A stretch of 64,000 nt of DNA. Origin: a virus. Taxonomy: Duplodnaviria; Heunggongvirae; Uroviricota; Caudoviricetes. The position numbers and the translations under genes were made by a program. The notes beneath the pieces are model-generated. The model saw only the letters and a program-made list of their open reading frames with translations, had not been told where the DNA came from and searched no databases. The first letter of the stretch is position 1; every line of letters begins with the position of its first letter. This document shows positions 1 to 9,367 of this stretch, in pieces. The stretch is from IMG/VR virus record IMGVR_UViG_3300017650_000009; one strand, written 5' to 3'.

Positions 1-6
1 TACACT

Positions 7-660
7 TTGGATAAGAACGCTTGGACAATCCAATCTGAGAAGCTCGACGGTCGACATTACTTGTCTCAGTATAAAACGATTGCTGAACGCTTTGAGCGTC
101 GCTATGGCCGTGAATTGACTCCAAAGTATCGTGGTGAGGAAGCTTTCCTCGATGAGTTGCGTTTGCTTTGGAAAGATAAGTTCAAAACGGATATTGCAGA
201 ACAATACTCGACCTTTGTCGAAACCGAAATTGGTAAGCAATTGAAGATGAAGGACATTTGTGTCAACGTGGATAAAAAATTGACATCCACATGGGACGTT
301 GTTACATATGCTTTGCTTATGAATCATAATGTTCAGGTTCATCTTGAGGCTGTTTTTGAATCGCAGGATCTATATGATAAGGCGGACAGAAATCGTGTTC
401 CTAATGAGATGCTTGAACTAAAAGAAATTATTGAAGAAATTTTAGATCCCGCTACTAAGGACCCACAAAGTTTAATTGATACAAATCGTAAGCTTCTGAA
501 TTGCTTGGCCGGTGAAAAAACCGAAGCAGGCATTCCGGTAACCGCTGTTATTAATGACGTTCCTGTTAAGGAAAAGAATGCAGCTTATGACCGTTATGCG
601 GATTTCAAGAAGTCGGTTAAATCGACAGAACCAACTATAATTGGCGGAATCTTCTCCTAA
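7..660 (+). CDS. hypothetical protein; 5' end may extend upstream of the window (TTG at 7, frame open to position 1)
   Basis: ORF track; no recognisable motifs. Confidence 0.3.
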   Translation: MDKNAWTIQSEKLDGRHYLSQYKTIAERFERRYGRELTPKYRGEEAFLDELRLLWKDKFKTDIAEQYSTFVETEIGKQLKMKDICVNVDKKLTSTWDVVTYALLMNHNVQVHLEAVFESQDLYDKADRNRVPNEMLELKEIIEEILDPATKDPQSLIDTNRKLLNCLAGEKTEAGIPVTAVINDVPVKEKNAAYDRYADFKKSVKSTEPTIIGGIFS

Positions 661-671
661 GGATTAAACAG

Positions 672-1712
672 ATGGCGAACATTGTATATGACTCACTGGT
701 ACAAAGTTTATCCGGTTTGAAAAGACGTGGACCTAATAGCTGGTCCAACTTCAACGCCATCTGTTGCATTCACAATGGAGAAACACGCCCTGATAATCGT
801 AACCGAGGTGGACTTATGTTGACCTCGGACGAAACTTGCGTGTACCATTGCTTCAATTGCAAATACAAGGCTTCCTGGAAGCCGGGTGCGCAGCTTTCTC
901 GACGTATGGAGAATCTATTGGAGTGGACATTTATGCCACTTGAGGATCTCAAACGTTTAAAATTTAAAGTATGGCAGCATTGGGCTTCTGCTCGTGAAGG
1001 TATCAAATATGAAGATACCCGAGTAATCAATACTAATTTTTCGTTCAAAGAGGTCCCGTTACCAGAAGGGGCTAAACCATTTTCACATTGGTTGAAACCT
1101 GAAAATTTTGTTGCCGAGTTTACAGATGTGGCTGCATATGTGTTGGATCGTGGTGAGGAAATATTTTCAGATTATGAATACTATTGGTCGCCTTCAAAGG
1201 AATTTTCGATTAATAAGCGTGTAATAATTCCATTCAAATGGGATAATAAAATTGTTGGTTATACTGCTCGTGATATTACAGGCACTTTGAAGAACCGCTA
1301 TTATGGAACAGTTCAACCCAATTTTATATTCAATACTGAATCGATTGATTATGACAACGAATATATATTTGTCACAGAAGGGCCATTTGACGCCATAGCA
1401 ATCAACGGTGTTGCTATGCTCGGTGATAAAATCACTCCAGAACAAGCAGAATGGCTTAACCAAACTGGAAAGAAAATCGTAATTGTTCCGGATCGAGAGA
1501 AGATGGGCGGTAAGCTCGTTGACACCGCGATTCAACAGGGATGGTACGTAAGCTTTCCACGTTGGGGTGATGATATAACTTGGGTTAAGGATCCAGCCGA
1601 GGCGGTCAAAAAACTTGGAAAAATATATACTATGTTGAGCATCATAGATGTTATGTTTAAGGATGCGTTAACAATCAATGTAAGAAGAAGACTCACTTTA
1701 AGGGTACGATAA
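672..1712 (+). CDS. DNA primase, DnaG / T4 gp61-like (Zn-ribbon + TOPRIM)
   Basis: CxxH...CxxC zinc ribbon (CCIHNGE...CFNCKYK); TOPRIM-like FVTEGPFDAIAIN ... IVIVPDREKMGG; lies immediately upstream of the helicase. Confidence 0.65.
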   Translation: MANIVYDSLVQSLSGLKRRGPNSWSNFNAICCIHNGETRPDNRNRGGLMLTSDETCVYHCFNCKYKASWKPGAQLSRRMENLLEWTFMPLEDLKRLKFKVWQHWASAREGIKYEDTRVINTNFSFKEVPLPEGAKPFSHWLKPENFVAEFTDVAAYVLDRGEEIFSDYEYYWSPSKEFSINKRVIIPFKWDNKIVGYTARDITGTLKNRYYGTVQPNFIFNTESIDYDNEYIFVTEGPFDAIAINGVAMLGDKITPEQAEWLNQTGKKIVIVPDREKMGGKLVDTAIQQGWYVSFPRWGDDITWVKDPAEAVKKLGKIYTMLSIIDVMFKDALTINVRRRLTLRVR

Positions 1713-1716
1713 AAAT

Positions 1717-3195
1717 ATGTCCGAGAATACCGAAGTAAAGACCTATAATGAAGACGTCCAGCGCCTATTATTGCAATTTATGATTTCTGACCCCGCAGCA
1801 TTTGCGCGTTCACAGAATATCATTAATCCCAAGTATTGGAACGATAAGCTTCGTAGTTCTTGCCGTTTTATTATGGAGTATTCTGACAAATACAACGTGT
1901 TGCCATCGCCGGAACAGGTAAAAGCAGAAACAGGTCAGGACATTGCATTACTTCCGGATGGTGAAGCTGTCCGTCATAGCGAATGGTATCTCCAAACAGT
2001 TGAAGAATTTTGTCGTCACAAAGCGATGGAACAACTCGTCCTAGATGGTGCAGGACTTGTTGATAAGGGTTTATATTCGGAACTCGAAAGACGTTCCAAA
2101 GAGAATATGCTGATTTCCTTGCAGAAGGATATGGGCACTGATTATTTTGAAAATCCTCTTGAGCGTTTGCATAGGATGCGCGACCGAACTGGTATGACCA
2201 GCACAGGTTGGAAAGACATGGATGCAAAACTTTACGGCGGGATGAACCGAGGCGAACTTACGTTCTTCGCGGGTGGTCCGGGTACGGGTAAGAGTCTGTT
2301 CTTACAGAATCTTGCACTCAATTGGATTCAAATGGGCCTGAATGTCGTATATTTCTCTTTGGAATTGTCGGAAGAACTCGTTGGTTTGCGCTTTGATGCG
2401 ATGATTGCAGAAACTGCAACCAAACAGATTTTCAAGCATATGGATGACACTGCGATGCGAGTCGCAATGGCTTATAAATCCCACAAGTGGGGCAAGCTAC
2501 AAATCAAAAAACTTCCAGAAGCTGGTACAAAGGCTAACGATCTACGTGCGTATTTGAAGGAATATGAAATCCATCACGGATTCAAACCCGATGGTATCCT
2601 AATCGATTATTTGGATCTATTACATCCGAATAGTGGTAAGGTAAGTCCTTCGGATTTGTTCATCAAGGATAAGTACACATCGGAAGAATTACGTGCATTA
2701 GCTAACGAATATAATGTTCTAGCTGCAACGGCTTCCCAGTTGAATCGTGCAAGTATTCAGGAACAAGACTTCGATAACTCTCACATTGCTGGTGGTATTA
2801 GTAAGATCAATACTGCGGATAACGTGATGGGTATTTTTATGAGTCCACAGATGAAGGAGCTAGGTGAGTATCAGATTCAGTTCCTCAAGACACGTTCAAG
2901 TAGTGGGGTTGGTTCTCGAATCAAGCTCAAGTTTAATCTAGAGACACTTAGAATTGTTGATCATGAAGATGGTGACGCGCCAGTAAGTACGAGCCCGCTA
3001 TCCAGTATTCAGAGAGAATTGTCAGCAAGTAAACCATCGATGACTGTCAAGTCAGGTCCCAATACTCCACCGGATAATCCAACTGGTGCACCAGTATCAC
3101 TTGGAACTACTGTTGCAGGTACACAAAAGACAACTCCCGAAGTAGGTTCTCTTAAGGACCGAATGAACATGATGAAAAAGTTCTCAGGCAAGTAA
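1717..3195 (+). CDS. replicative DnaB-family helicase (T4 gp41-like)
   Basis: Walker A GGPGTGKS; Walker B GILIDYLDLL; RecA-like core; N-terminal primase-interaction-like region. Confidence 0.8.
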   Translation: MSENTEVKTYNEDVQRLLLQFMISDPAAFARSQNIINPKYWNDKLRSSCRFIMEYSDKYNVLPSPEQVKAETGQDIALLPDGEAVRHSEWYLQTVEEFCRHKAMEQLVLDGAGLVDKGLYSELERRSKENMLISLQKDMGTDYFENPLERLHRMRDRTGMTSTGWKDMDAKLYGGMNRGELTFFAGGPGTGKSLFLQNLALNWIQMGLNVVYFSLELSEELVGLRFDAMIAETATKQIFKHMDDTAMRVAMAYKSHKWGKLQIKKLPEAGTKANDLRAYLKEYEIHHGFKPDGILIDYLDLLHPNSGKVSPSDLFIKDKYTSEELRALANEYNVLAATASQLNRASIQEQDFDNSHIAGGISKINTADNVMGIFMSPQMKELGEYQIQFLKTRSSSGVGSRIKLKFNLETLRIVDHEDGDAPVSTSPLSSIQRELSASKPSMTVKSGPNTPPDNPTGAPVSLGTTVAGTQKTTPEVGSLKDRMNMMKKFSGK

Positions 3196-3238
3196 TAATC
3201 CCGGTAAACATAAATAGTACAAAATCCGGGAGACCAGC

Positions 3239-3520
3239 ATGGCAGACTACTTGCAAGAACTTAGAGCTTATATAAATCTTACTGATACTCGCTATCAGCA
3301 AGATGAAGCACCTGAGGATCCTTTTGTTGCTGAAAACCATGCAATTGATATTGCTTCCGATGATGATTCTATTATTGAGAGCTTGGAGCTTCTTCGATTT
3401 AAACTTTTGAATGTTCGTTTAACTGAAGGCACTTCCGACTATGCGTTGGGGTACGAAGAAGCTTGTATAAAGGTTGTAGAAATGATCGATGGGATCCTGC
3501 ATTCCCATCGATCACCATAA
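3239..3520 (+). CDS. hypothetical protein
   Basis: ORF track; acidic small protein. Confidence 0.3.
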   Translation: MADYLQELRAYINLTDTRYQQDEAPEDPFVAENHAIDIASDDDSIIESLELLRFKLLNVRLTEGTSDYALGYEEACIKVVEMIDGILHSHRSP

Positions 3521-3535
3521 CAGGCAGTAACTTAA

Positions 3536-3802
3536 ATGAAAAACATGCGTAGCATTATTTCGGAACTGGATCGTTTAGTCCCTGAGCGTGACAAACATCA
3601 AATTATTGAAGCCAGAGCCACTAACGTGATCGCCAGTTGCATTAATGTCATGCAGCTGATAAATGAAACTTTCTCAGATGCGGAAGCCGAAGAGTTAAAC
3701 AAACGTTTACTCGGAGCAATAAAAAATAAAGATGCTTCGAAGTTTAACCGCAAAATTACTGAGATGAAGAAACTTTCAAAGAACGCAAAGCATGACAAAT
3801 AA
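3536..3802 (+). CDS. hypothetical protein
   Basis: ORF track. Confidence 0.3.
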   Translation: MKNMRSIISELDRLVPERDKHQIIEARATNVIASCINVMQLINETFSDAEAEELNKRLLGAIKNKDASKFNRKITEMKKLSKNAKHDK

Positions 3803-4511
3803 CCTGCACAAACACCTAGAGATAATGAGAGAAGCTTCACTCCGCGACATTGCTGCGGCAGCTGGAGACGCTGTGGGTGCTATGGCGGGTAATGATAAGT
3901 CCAAGGGCCGTCAAGATGCCCGTAAACTTAAATCATACTTGACAAAGCAATATAATAAATGGCTTGGTCAAACAGGTAATGAAATTGACGAAGAGTCTCT
4001 AATGACTTTTCTTTCAGCAAAGATTGGATTCACACCCGCAAATATTCGAAAGATTTTCGATAAAGCAAAAGTCAGTGATCCAACACAAATGGAATCCCTA
4101 CAAGAAGATATTAATAAAACAGACGTCGATCGTGTAATGCAGATCGCCGCTGAATTTGCCTTTGCTCATAATTTGGTTAAGCCAACAAATCCGGAGGAAA
4201 CTCCAATGGCTAGCCGAGAAGAACCTCGCCGTGATGGTCGCCGAAGAAATCGCGATGAGGGTTCACCAGATGATATTATCAATAGCTTGCGTAACCGAGT
4301 AGAGAGTAACAAGAATGCCTACAACGTTGACAAGACAGAGCTTGTTGATGCACTGAAACAAACGGGTCTAACCCGAGAATACCTTGGCGACCTCACCGAT
4401 ATAATGGCCAAGGTAAAAGATTACAAAGACATCCAAAAAATGCCCGATCGCAACGAGATTATGAATCAGCTTGCTAAGGTTGGATTTGCTTTCTTCAAGT
4501 CAACACGTTAA
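3792..4511 (+). CDS. hypothetical protein
   Basis: ORF track; ATGA-type overlap with upstream ORF. Confidence 0.4.
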   Translation: MTNNLHKHLEIMREASLRDIAAAAGDAVGAMAGNDKSKGRQDARKLKSYLTKQYNKWLGQTGNEIDEESLMTFLSAKIGFTPANIRKIFDKAKVSDPTQMESLQEDINKTDVDRVMQIAAEFAFAHNLVKPTNPEETPMASREEPRRDGRRRNRDEGSPDDIINSLRNRVESNKNAYNVDKTELVDALKQTGLTREYLGDLTDIMAKVKDYKDIQKMPDRNEIMNQLAKVGFAFFKSTR

Positions 4512-4519
4512 TTGACTTT

Positions 4520-5776
4520 GTGCTCATATCCTGCTTAATTGGGGATATGAGCATCAAACATTTTCACGACCTACCAATCAAAACAATTCGCGCAGCTTTT
4601 GCTGAGTCTTCTACTTGGCTAATTAATGAGAAATATGATGGTAGCTATATTCGTGCAGGTTTGGATGCACTGGGACAGTTTTATACCGCACGTAAAGGGT
4701 TGAAGCCAGTTTACTCATATAGGGACTGGGATCCAAAACCATGGGCCGATGCATTTAGATCCGCACATATTGCGTTAGAGTCGTTTGTTGATCGACTCGA
4801 CAGTATGGGGGTAATCAAACCGGGCGACCATATGGATTTTGAGATTATATATGGTAGGCTTCCCAATACTATTGCGTATCCGCATTATTTGGCAAACACT
4901 CTCATCATGTTTGCCACAAATAATAATGAAATCAAAAACCACACCACAACGCTCATGCATAATGATTTGTTTCTACTTGAACATCCGGGGCTATCCTCGG
5001 AAGGTTCAGTTAAAGTCATGTATGATGAATGGACTACTCATCACGGTAGAAGAAAAACTCGTATAAGAACCAATCGAACATGGACTTTTCTTTTTGCGTA
5101 TGATGTGAAATTCAAACATGATATGATTACCGATGAAGCCATGATTAGTATTCCGGCGTTTTTAGATCGTCATATCAAGTTCATGGGTCAGACCCTAACA
5201 ATCGAACAATTACTTGAGACTAAACTCACAAAGAAGCCAGAATGGCTCATTATTAGTGATAGTGGTTGGAAAACACACAAGCCATACTTGCTTGAACAGA
5301 TTAAGCTTGAACGCTCCAAATATCGTGCTGAATTTGCAATGCTTTGTAACCTCAACACAAGAGTTCTAAAACAGTATTGGGCTAGTTTGCATTCGTGGCG
5401 GCAACGCAAATCATCCGAAATTGAAGGAATTGTTGTCCACTTCAAAGTTGATGGTAACCCCATTATAGCCAAGTTCGTAGACACCGAAACATTCGGGCCA
5501 GCCAATAATTTCTCACATATCGTTCGTTATTGGTTACAGGGTGGGCGCCGTCCAGAACGCCCAAGCTTCCTTTCGCGGACAAAAGATTGGCCAGTTGAAA
5601 AACGTTTGGAACGTTTGGAAGTCCTACGTACCCGTTTTATTGATAATCGTCTAAAACTCACAAAAACGTTTCGTGAAACCGAAGTATCATATTATAATAA
5701 TCAGTTGTTCGAGCGCACTGCTTTGTTATTTGCCGAAATAAAGGAAAAGTTGGAAAATGGGTGGACTGGCGTTTAA
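4520..5776 (+). CDS. ATP-dependent nucleic-acid ligase (covalent nucleotidyltransferase superfamily; motif I resembles T4 Rnl1)
   Basis: Motif I EKYDGS (KxDG; T4 Rnl1 has KEDGS); motif IV-like EGIVVHFK; size 418 aa. Confidence 0.55.
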   Translation: MLISCLIGDMSIKHFHDLPIKTIRAAFAESSTWLINEKYDGSYIRAGLDALGQFYTARKGLKPVYSYRDWDPKPWADAFRSAHIALESFVDRLDSMGVIKPGDHMDFEIIYGRLPNTIAYPHYLANTLIMFATNNNEIKNHTTTLMHNDLFLLEHPGLSSEGSVKVMYDEWTTHHGRRKTRIRTNRTWTFLFAYDVKFKHDMITDEAMISIPAFLDRHIKFMGQTLTIEQLLETKLTKKPEWLIISDSGWKTHKPYLLEQIKLERSKYRAEFAMLCNLNTRVLKQYWASLHSWRQRKSSEIEGIVVHFKVDGNPIIAKFVDTETFGPANNFSHIVRYWLQGGRRPERPSFLSRTKDWPVEKRLERLEVLRTRFIDNRLKLTKTFRETEVSYYNNQLFERTALLFAEIKEKLENGWTGV

Positions 5777-6620
5777 AGATAAAACACGTCGTATTCTACG
5801 TGCGGAAGTGGAGCCAACCATCCGTTGGTTATCCAAAATAACCAATATTGATTATGACTATCTTAGTGAGAATCTTCTGGGGTCGGGAGGGCTTGCCGAA
5901 ACCAGCGGTGACTTGGATATCAATATGTGTCAGGACACGTTTAGCGAAAAGGACAAATTCGCTGATTTACTCGTCGATAGGCTTGGTGCGGATAACGTTA
6001 AAAAGCGCCTATACGTGAATCAAATTTTCACTTGCGTTCCAATCAAGGGCGATTCCAATAACGGGTTCGTTCAAGTTGATTTCATGTTTGGTAATGCAAA
6101 ATGGCAACATTTTTCATATTTTTCTCCTGGAGAGAAATCTGCATATAAGGGATTGTTTCGGACGGAACTTATCAAAGCGGCTGTTGCATTCCAATCTGAT
6201 TGGACTCTTTGGGAAGATGGTGAATTGGTTGCGCGTGTGGGTCCAACGTTCTTCCATGATCGTGGCATTGTTTGGCGGTACAGGCATCGTGCTCCACGAA
6301 AAGATGGAAATGGTCGAGTTCAGACTTTCACTCAACTTACTATGGAAGAATTCTGCAAATTATATCCGAAAGCTCCAAAGGTCTCACGGGAAAACATTGA
6401 TTCCCAAATTGGAACATCAATGTTAATATTCAATACGGTTGAACAGACTGGTGCGTTTTTCAGTTATGAGACATTGAGCCGGGCTCTGAGTAATCATTAT
6501 AATACTACTAACTTTGGTATTATAATGACCATGTTCGAAGAAAGATTAAATAGTCTAAAGGTTGACATACCCGAGGACATTAAGAATGAAATTCTTACAG
6601 CAACTGAGCCCGCATATTGA
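5757..6620 (+). CDS. Pol-beta-fold nucleotidyltransferase-like protein
   Basis: GSGGLAETSGDLDI matches the minimal NTase hG[GS]x9-13DhD motif; start overlaps ligase stop (translationally coupled). Confidence 0.35.
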   Translation: MGGLAFKDKTRRILRAEVEPTIRWLSKITNIDYDYLSENLLGSGGLAETSGDLDINMCQDTFSEKDKFADLLVDRLGADNVKKRLYVNQIFTCVPIKGDSNNGFVQVDFMFGNAKWQHFSYFSPGEKSAYKGLFRTELIKAAVAFQSDWTLWEDGELVARVGPTFFHDRGIVWRYRHRAPRKDGNGRVQTFTQLTMEEFCKLYPKAPKVSRENIDSQIGTSMLIFNTVEQTGAFFSYETLSRALSNHYNTTNFGIIMTMFEERLNSLKVDIPEDIKNEILTATEPAY

Positions 6621-7266
6621 AATACATGATGTAGCTCAAAAAGAACAAATAGACGAATCAAGCGTTATCCGCACCATCGATCAGTTGGGCAAATACACTG
6701 CTCGCGATATTGCGGATTTCGCTTTTCTTCATTTCCTAATCCTCCATTTACTTCAAAATGATTTTGAGAGTGCGCTAGTTGTAAAGGGTCATGCGACTCG
6801 TACCCTACAGATGGGCGGACACTTCAAACGTTTCACATTAATCGGTACGGACTTGTATATGTACCTACATGTGTTACTCGGAGGTACACGCGATCGTTTA
6901 AAGAAGAATCCAGCCAATGAGTTGTTTTGGCGTCAACTAGTCCTATCCGAACGCGAAATAAAAGATTCTCTGCAGAATATGTCCAATGGTCGACGTTTGG
7001 ATTCTACTCAATTTCGATTCCTACAAAAGTTAGAAAAAGACTTACGTGTGGATAATTCCAATTATCGTAGCTGTCGTAGACTGATTTCTGATTGGAATGA
7101 TATAACTACAAATGACCAGAGACTTGTCGTTACACGTTTGCTAATGGCTCTCCGTAGTCGTTGCCCACAAAGTGATTTGCTTGTGCCGCTACAGGATTAT
7201 GCACGTCGTAAACATATGGAACTAAAGTCTGCGAAAAACCCGGAGATTCAAAATGAGAGCAAGTGA
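6562..7266 (+). CDS. hypothetical protein
   Basis: ORF track. Confidence 0.35.
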   Translation: MTYPRTLRMKFLQQLSPHIEIHDVAQKEQIDESSVIRTIDQLGKYTARDIADFAFLHFLILHLLQNDFESALVVKGHATRTLQMGGHFKRFTLIGTDLYMYLHVLLGGTRDRLKKNPANELFWRQLVLSEREIKDSLQNMSNGRRLDSTQFRFLQKLEKDLRVDNSNYRSCRRLISDWNDITTNDQRLVVTRLLMALRSRCPQSDLLVPLQDYARRKHMELKSAKNPEIQNESK

Positions 7267-8149
7267 GCTATATGAGTTATTTGATACAAATTCTGATGTT
7301 GAATGGACTATCGATGACGACGACATGAAGGCTGGTTATTTTGAGTTAAACGGTCAAAAATTCAAAATAGAAATATATGTGAAGGATCCCGAGTTGAATA
7401 CTTGGGGAGTAATATACGGATTCATTGAAAACGGCAATGTTCGTTTGAGTCCATCTGGAGATTCTCCTCGTGATGCGTCAAAAGTCCTCGGAACCGTCAC
7501 TAATGAACTAGCCAAATTCATCAATGAACGTAAACCATCTGCATTGGTATTCAGTGGCGCGAAAGGCTACGGCTTGCATAAGCTCTACACGCTCATGCTT
7601 AGAAATTTGGAAAAGAAAATTCAAACTATTGGTTATCATGTTGAATCAAACGTGGATGGTGAAACATCAAACTTTGCAATCGTAAGCAATAAATTTGATT
7701 CCTACGATGATATTAGTTCTGATCTCCATGAGGCTTTTGATACTGAAGCGCATGTTGATTGGATTGAGCAAGAAGCAGATGGGCAAATTGGTGAATTTGA
7801 AGTAAACGGCGTCAAGTTCCAAATCTCATTTGATTCAGCAAAACCTGGAATATGGAAAGTCTACTACGGTGACATCGATGATGGCCCAGATACTAATTTT
7901 AATCCGAATGGTCGATCTGGTAATTCAGCCGTGAAAGTATTGTCTGTAGTTGTGAATATTATTTTGGATTTCATAATCCAACGTAAACCTCAAATGCTTC
8001 GTTTTTCGGGCAGTAAAGGCGTTGGTCTTGGTGCCCTATATAGTAGAATGGCAAGACATTTGGAACCACAACTAGAAAAACGTGGATACTATATCGAAAA
8101 ACAAGAAACAGGTCGCGATGACTATTTTGCGATTGTTAAGAAGGTGTGA
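7253..8149 (+). CDS. hypothetical protein with internal tandem duplication of a ~140-aa domain
   Basis: Two homologous halves: NGQKFKIEIY...RKPSALVFSGAKGYGLHKLY...GYHVE and NGVKFQISFD...RKPQMLRFSGSKGVGLGALY...GYYIE. Confidence 0.5.
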   Translation: MRASELYELFDTNSDVEWTIDDDDMKAGYFELNGQKFKIEIYVKDPELNTWGVIYGFIENGNVRLSPSGDSPRDASKVLGTVTNELAKFINERKPSALVFSGAKGYGLHKLYTLMLRNLEKKIQTIGYHVESNVDGETSNFAIVSNKFDSYDDISSDLHEAFDTEAHVDWIEQEADGQIGEFEVNGVKFQISFDSAKPGIWKVYYGDIDDGPDTNFNPNGRSGNSAVKVLSVVVNIILDFIIQRKPQMLRFSGSKGVGLGALYSRMARHLEPQLEKRGYYIEKQETGRDDYFAIVKKV

Positions 8150-8150
8150 T

Positions 8151-8339
8151 ATGAGAGCAATTGATATATTAAGTGAATCAGCTCATAAAGAAATTTTCGA
8201 ACATGCAAGCGGTGGAGCTACAGGTGCGGGCAATGTTGCTACCGCAGTGGGCGGTTTAGGAGCAGGATTCGATCCAGAAGGTGATCATGGAATCTATGAA
8301 AAGCCTAAGAAAACAAAAGTTACATTGCTAAGACGATGA
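8151..8339 (+). CDS. small Gly-rich hypothetical protein
   Basis: SD aaggtg + ATG at 8151; the longer track ORF (8082) overlaps the upstream gene. Confidence 0.3.
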   Translation: MRAIDILSESAHKEIFEHASGGATGAGNVATAVGGLGAGFDPEGDHGIYEKPKKTKVTLLRR

Positions 8340-8791
8340 GAGCGTACGAATTAAAAGAGGATTGGCCAGGTCACGAACGTAGTAGGAATATTCCTTTTAC
8401 GGAAAAAGAACTTGAGCAAATCCATCGAATGATAAAGGCATTGGAAGACCGAGGCAGGAACTCACTAAGTGCGAAGGAAATTGGGTTCAAAGGTGAAATG
8501 GATTATGCCGGATTTATGCAGCACGTTGGTTATGAAAAACGTAATGCGGGGTATAAGAAACAAACTCTCCAATTGAATCAAATATATGCCCAAGATCAAG
8601 ATGGTGTTGGAATACGAAATCTAAAAATGGTTCTAGACCATTGGGATACCGCACCTCTACCACAAGTGGTCCTAATGGACAATGGATATTATTGGCTTAT
8701 GGAGGGGCATCATAGACTTGCTTTACAACGTTTAGCTGGAAGAACTGAAATGTTAGTTCTCGTTGATTATAAGAAAAAACGTTCAAAGTAA
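8336..8791 (+). CDS. ParB-like nuclease-domain protein
   Basis: MEGHHRLALQRLAG resembles the ParB/Srx-fold catalytic motif; ATGA overlap with upstream ORF. Confidence 0.45.
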   Translation: MRAYELKEDWPGHERSRNIPFTEKELEQIHRMIKALEDRGRNSLSAKEIGFKGEMDYAGFMQHVGYEKRNAGYKKQTLQLNQIYAQDQDGVGIRNLKMVLDHWDTAPLPQVVLMDNGYYWLMEGHHRLALQRLAGRTEMLVLVDYKKKRSK

Positions 8792-8823
8792 CAGGTTTAT
8801 TATGTCGCTAAATTACTCAAAGG

Positions 8824-8831
8824 TATAAATA
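8824..8831 (+). promoter_or_regulatory. T4-type late promoter core TATAAATA
   Basis: Exact TATAAATA about 34 nt upstream of ATG 8865 with SD taggag. Confidence 0.5.
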
Positions 8832-8864
8832 GTTTTAACACAAACTCTCATAGGAGTATTTAAA

Positions 8865-9281
8865 ATGACTGAAAAAGTTAACGGTGCATCTTTCGCTGGC
8901 CAGGCTCTAACTGGTGGTCTTAATTTCTACAAGATTGTTACCAATCTTGACATCCAGGCAACTGGCGTTCTCAGCGATGAGTCCCAGAAGCGTTTGGACA
9001 AGCTAGTAGAAACTATTTCTCTCCGCGCACAGCCAATCATCATGTCTAAGGTTGCAGTTTCTGTTGCAACTGCTGACGACGTTGCTATTCTTCCAGGTGC
9101 AGCAGTAGGTGACGACATCTACACACTTCGTTTCGCAATCGAGCACAACAAGGCTTGGGAACTAACGAACTCTCCTGATCCTAGCCTTGCTGAATGCCTA
9201 GACGGTATCGAAGGTTTTGTTTATGATATTGCTACCACAGCAGGCAACAACGTTGCTGTTGAGCTAGTAGAAACTCTGTAA
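8865..9281 (+). CDS. abundant late (probably virion) protein, function unknown
   Basis: Late promoter + strong SD + strong intrinsic terminator; 138 aa. Confidence 0.55.
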   Translation: MTEKVNGASFAGQALTGGLNFYKIVTNLDIQATGVLSDESQKRLDKLVETISLRAQPIIMSKVAVSVATADDVAILPGAAVGDDIYTLRFAIEHNKAWELTNSPDPSLAECLDGIEGFVYDIATTAGNNVAVELVETL

Positions 9282-9300
9282 TCCTTCCTCGGAATTACAG

Positions 9301-9331
9301 CAATAAGGGACCCGGAGGATTATAGCAATTC
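9301..9331 (+). terminator. rho-independent terminator
   Basis: cccggag-(13 nt)-ctccggg followed by tttt. Confidence 0.6.
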
Positions 9332-9367
9332 TCCGGGTTTTACTTTGACTGAATTAGGGATAAAAAT

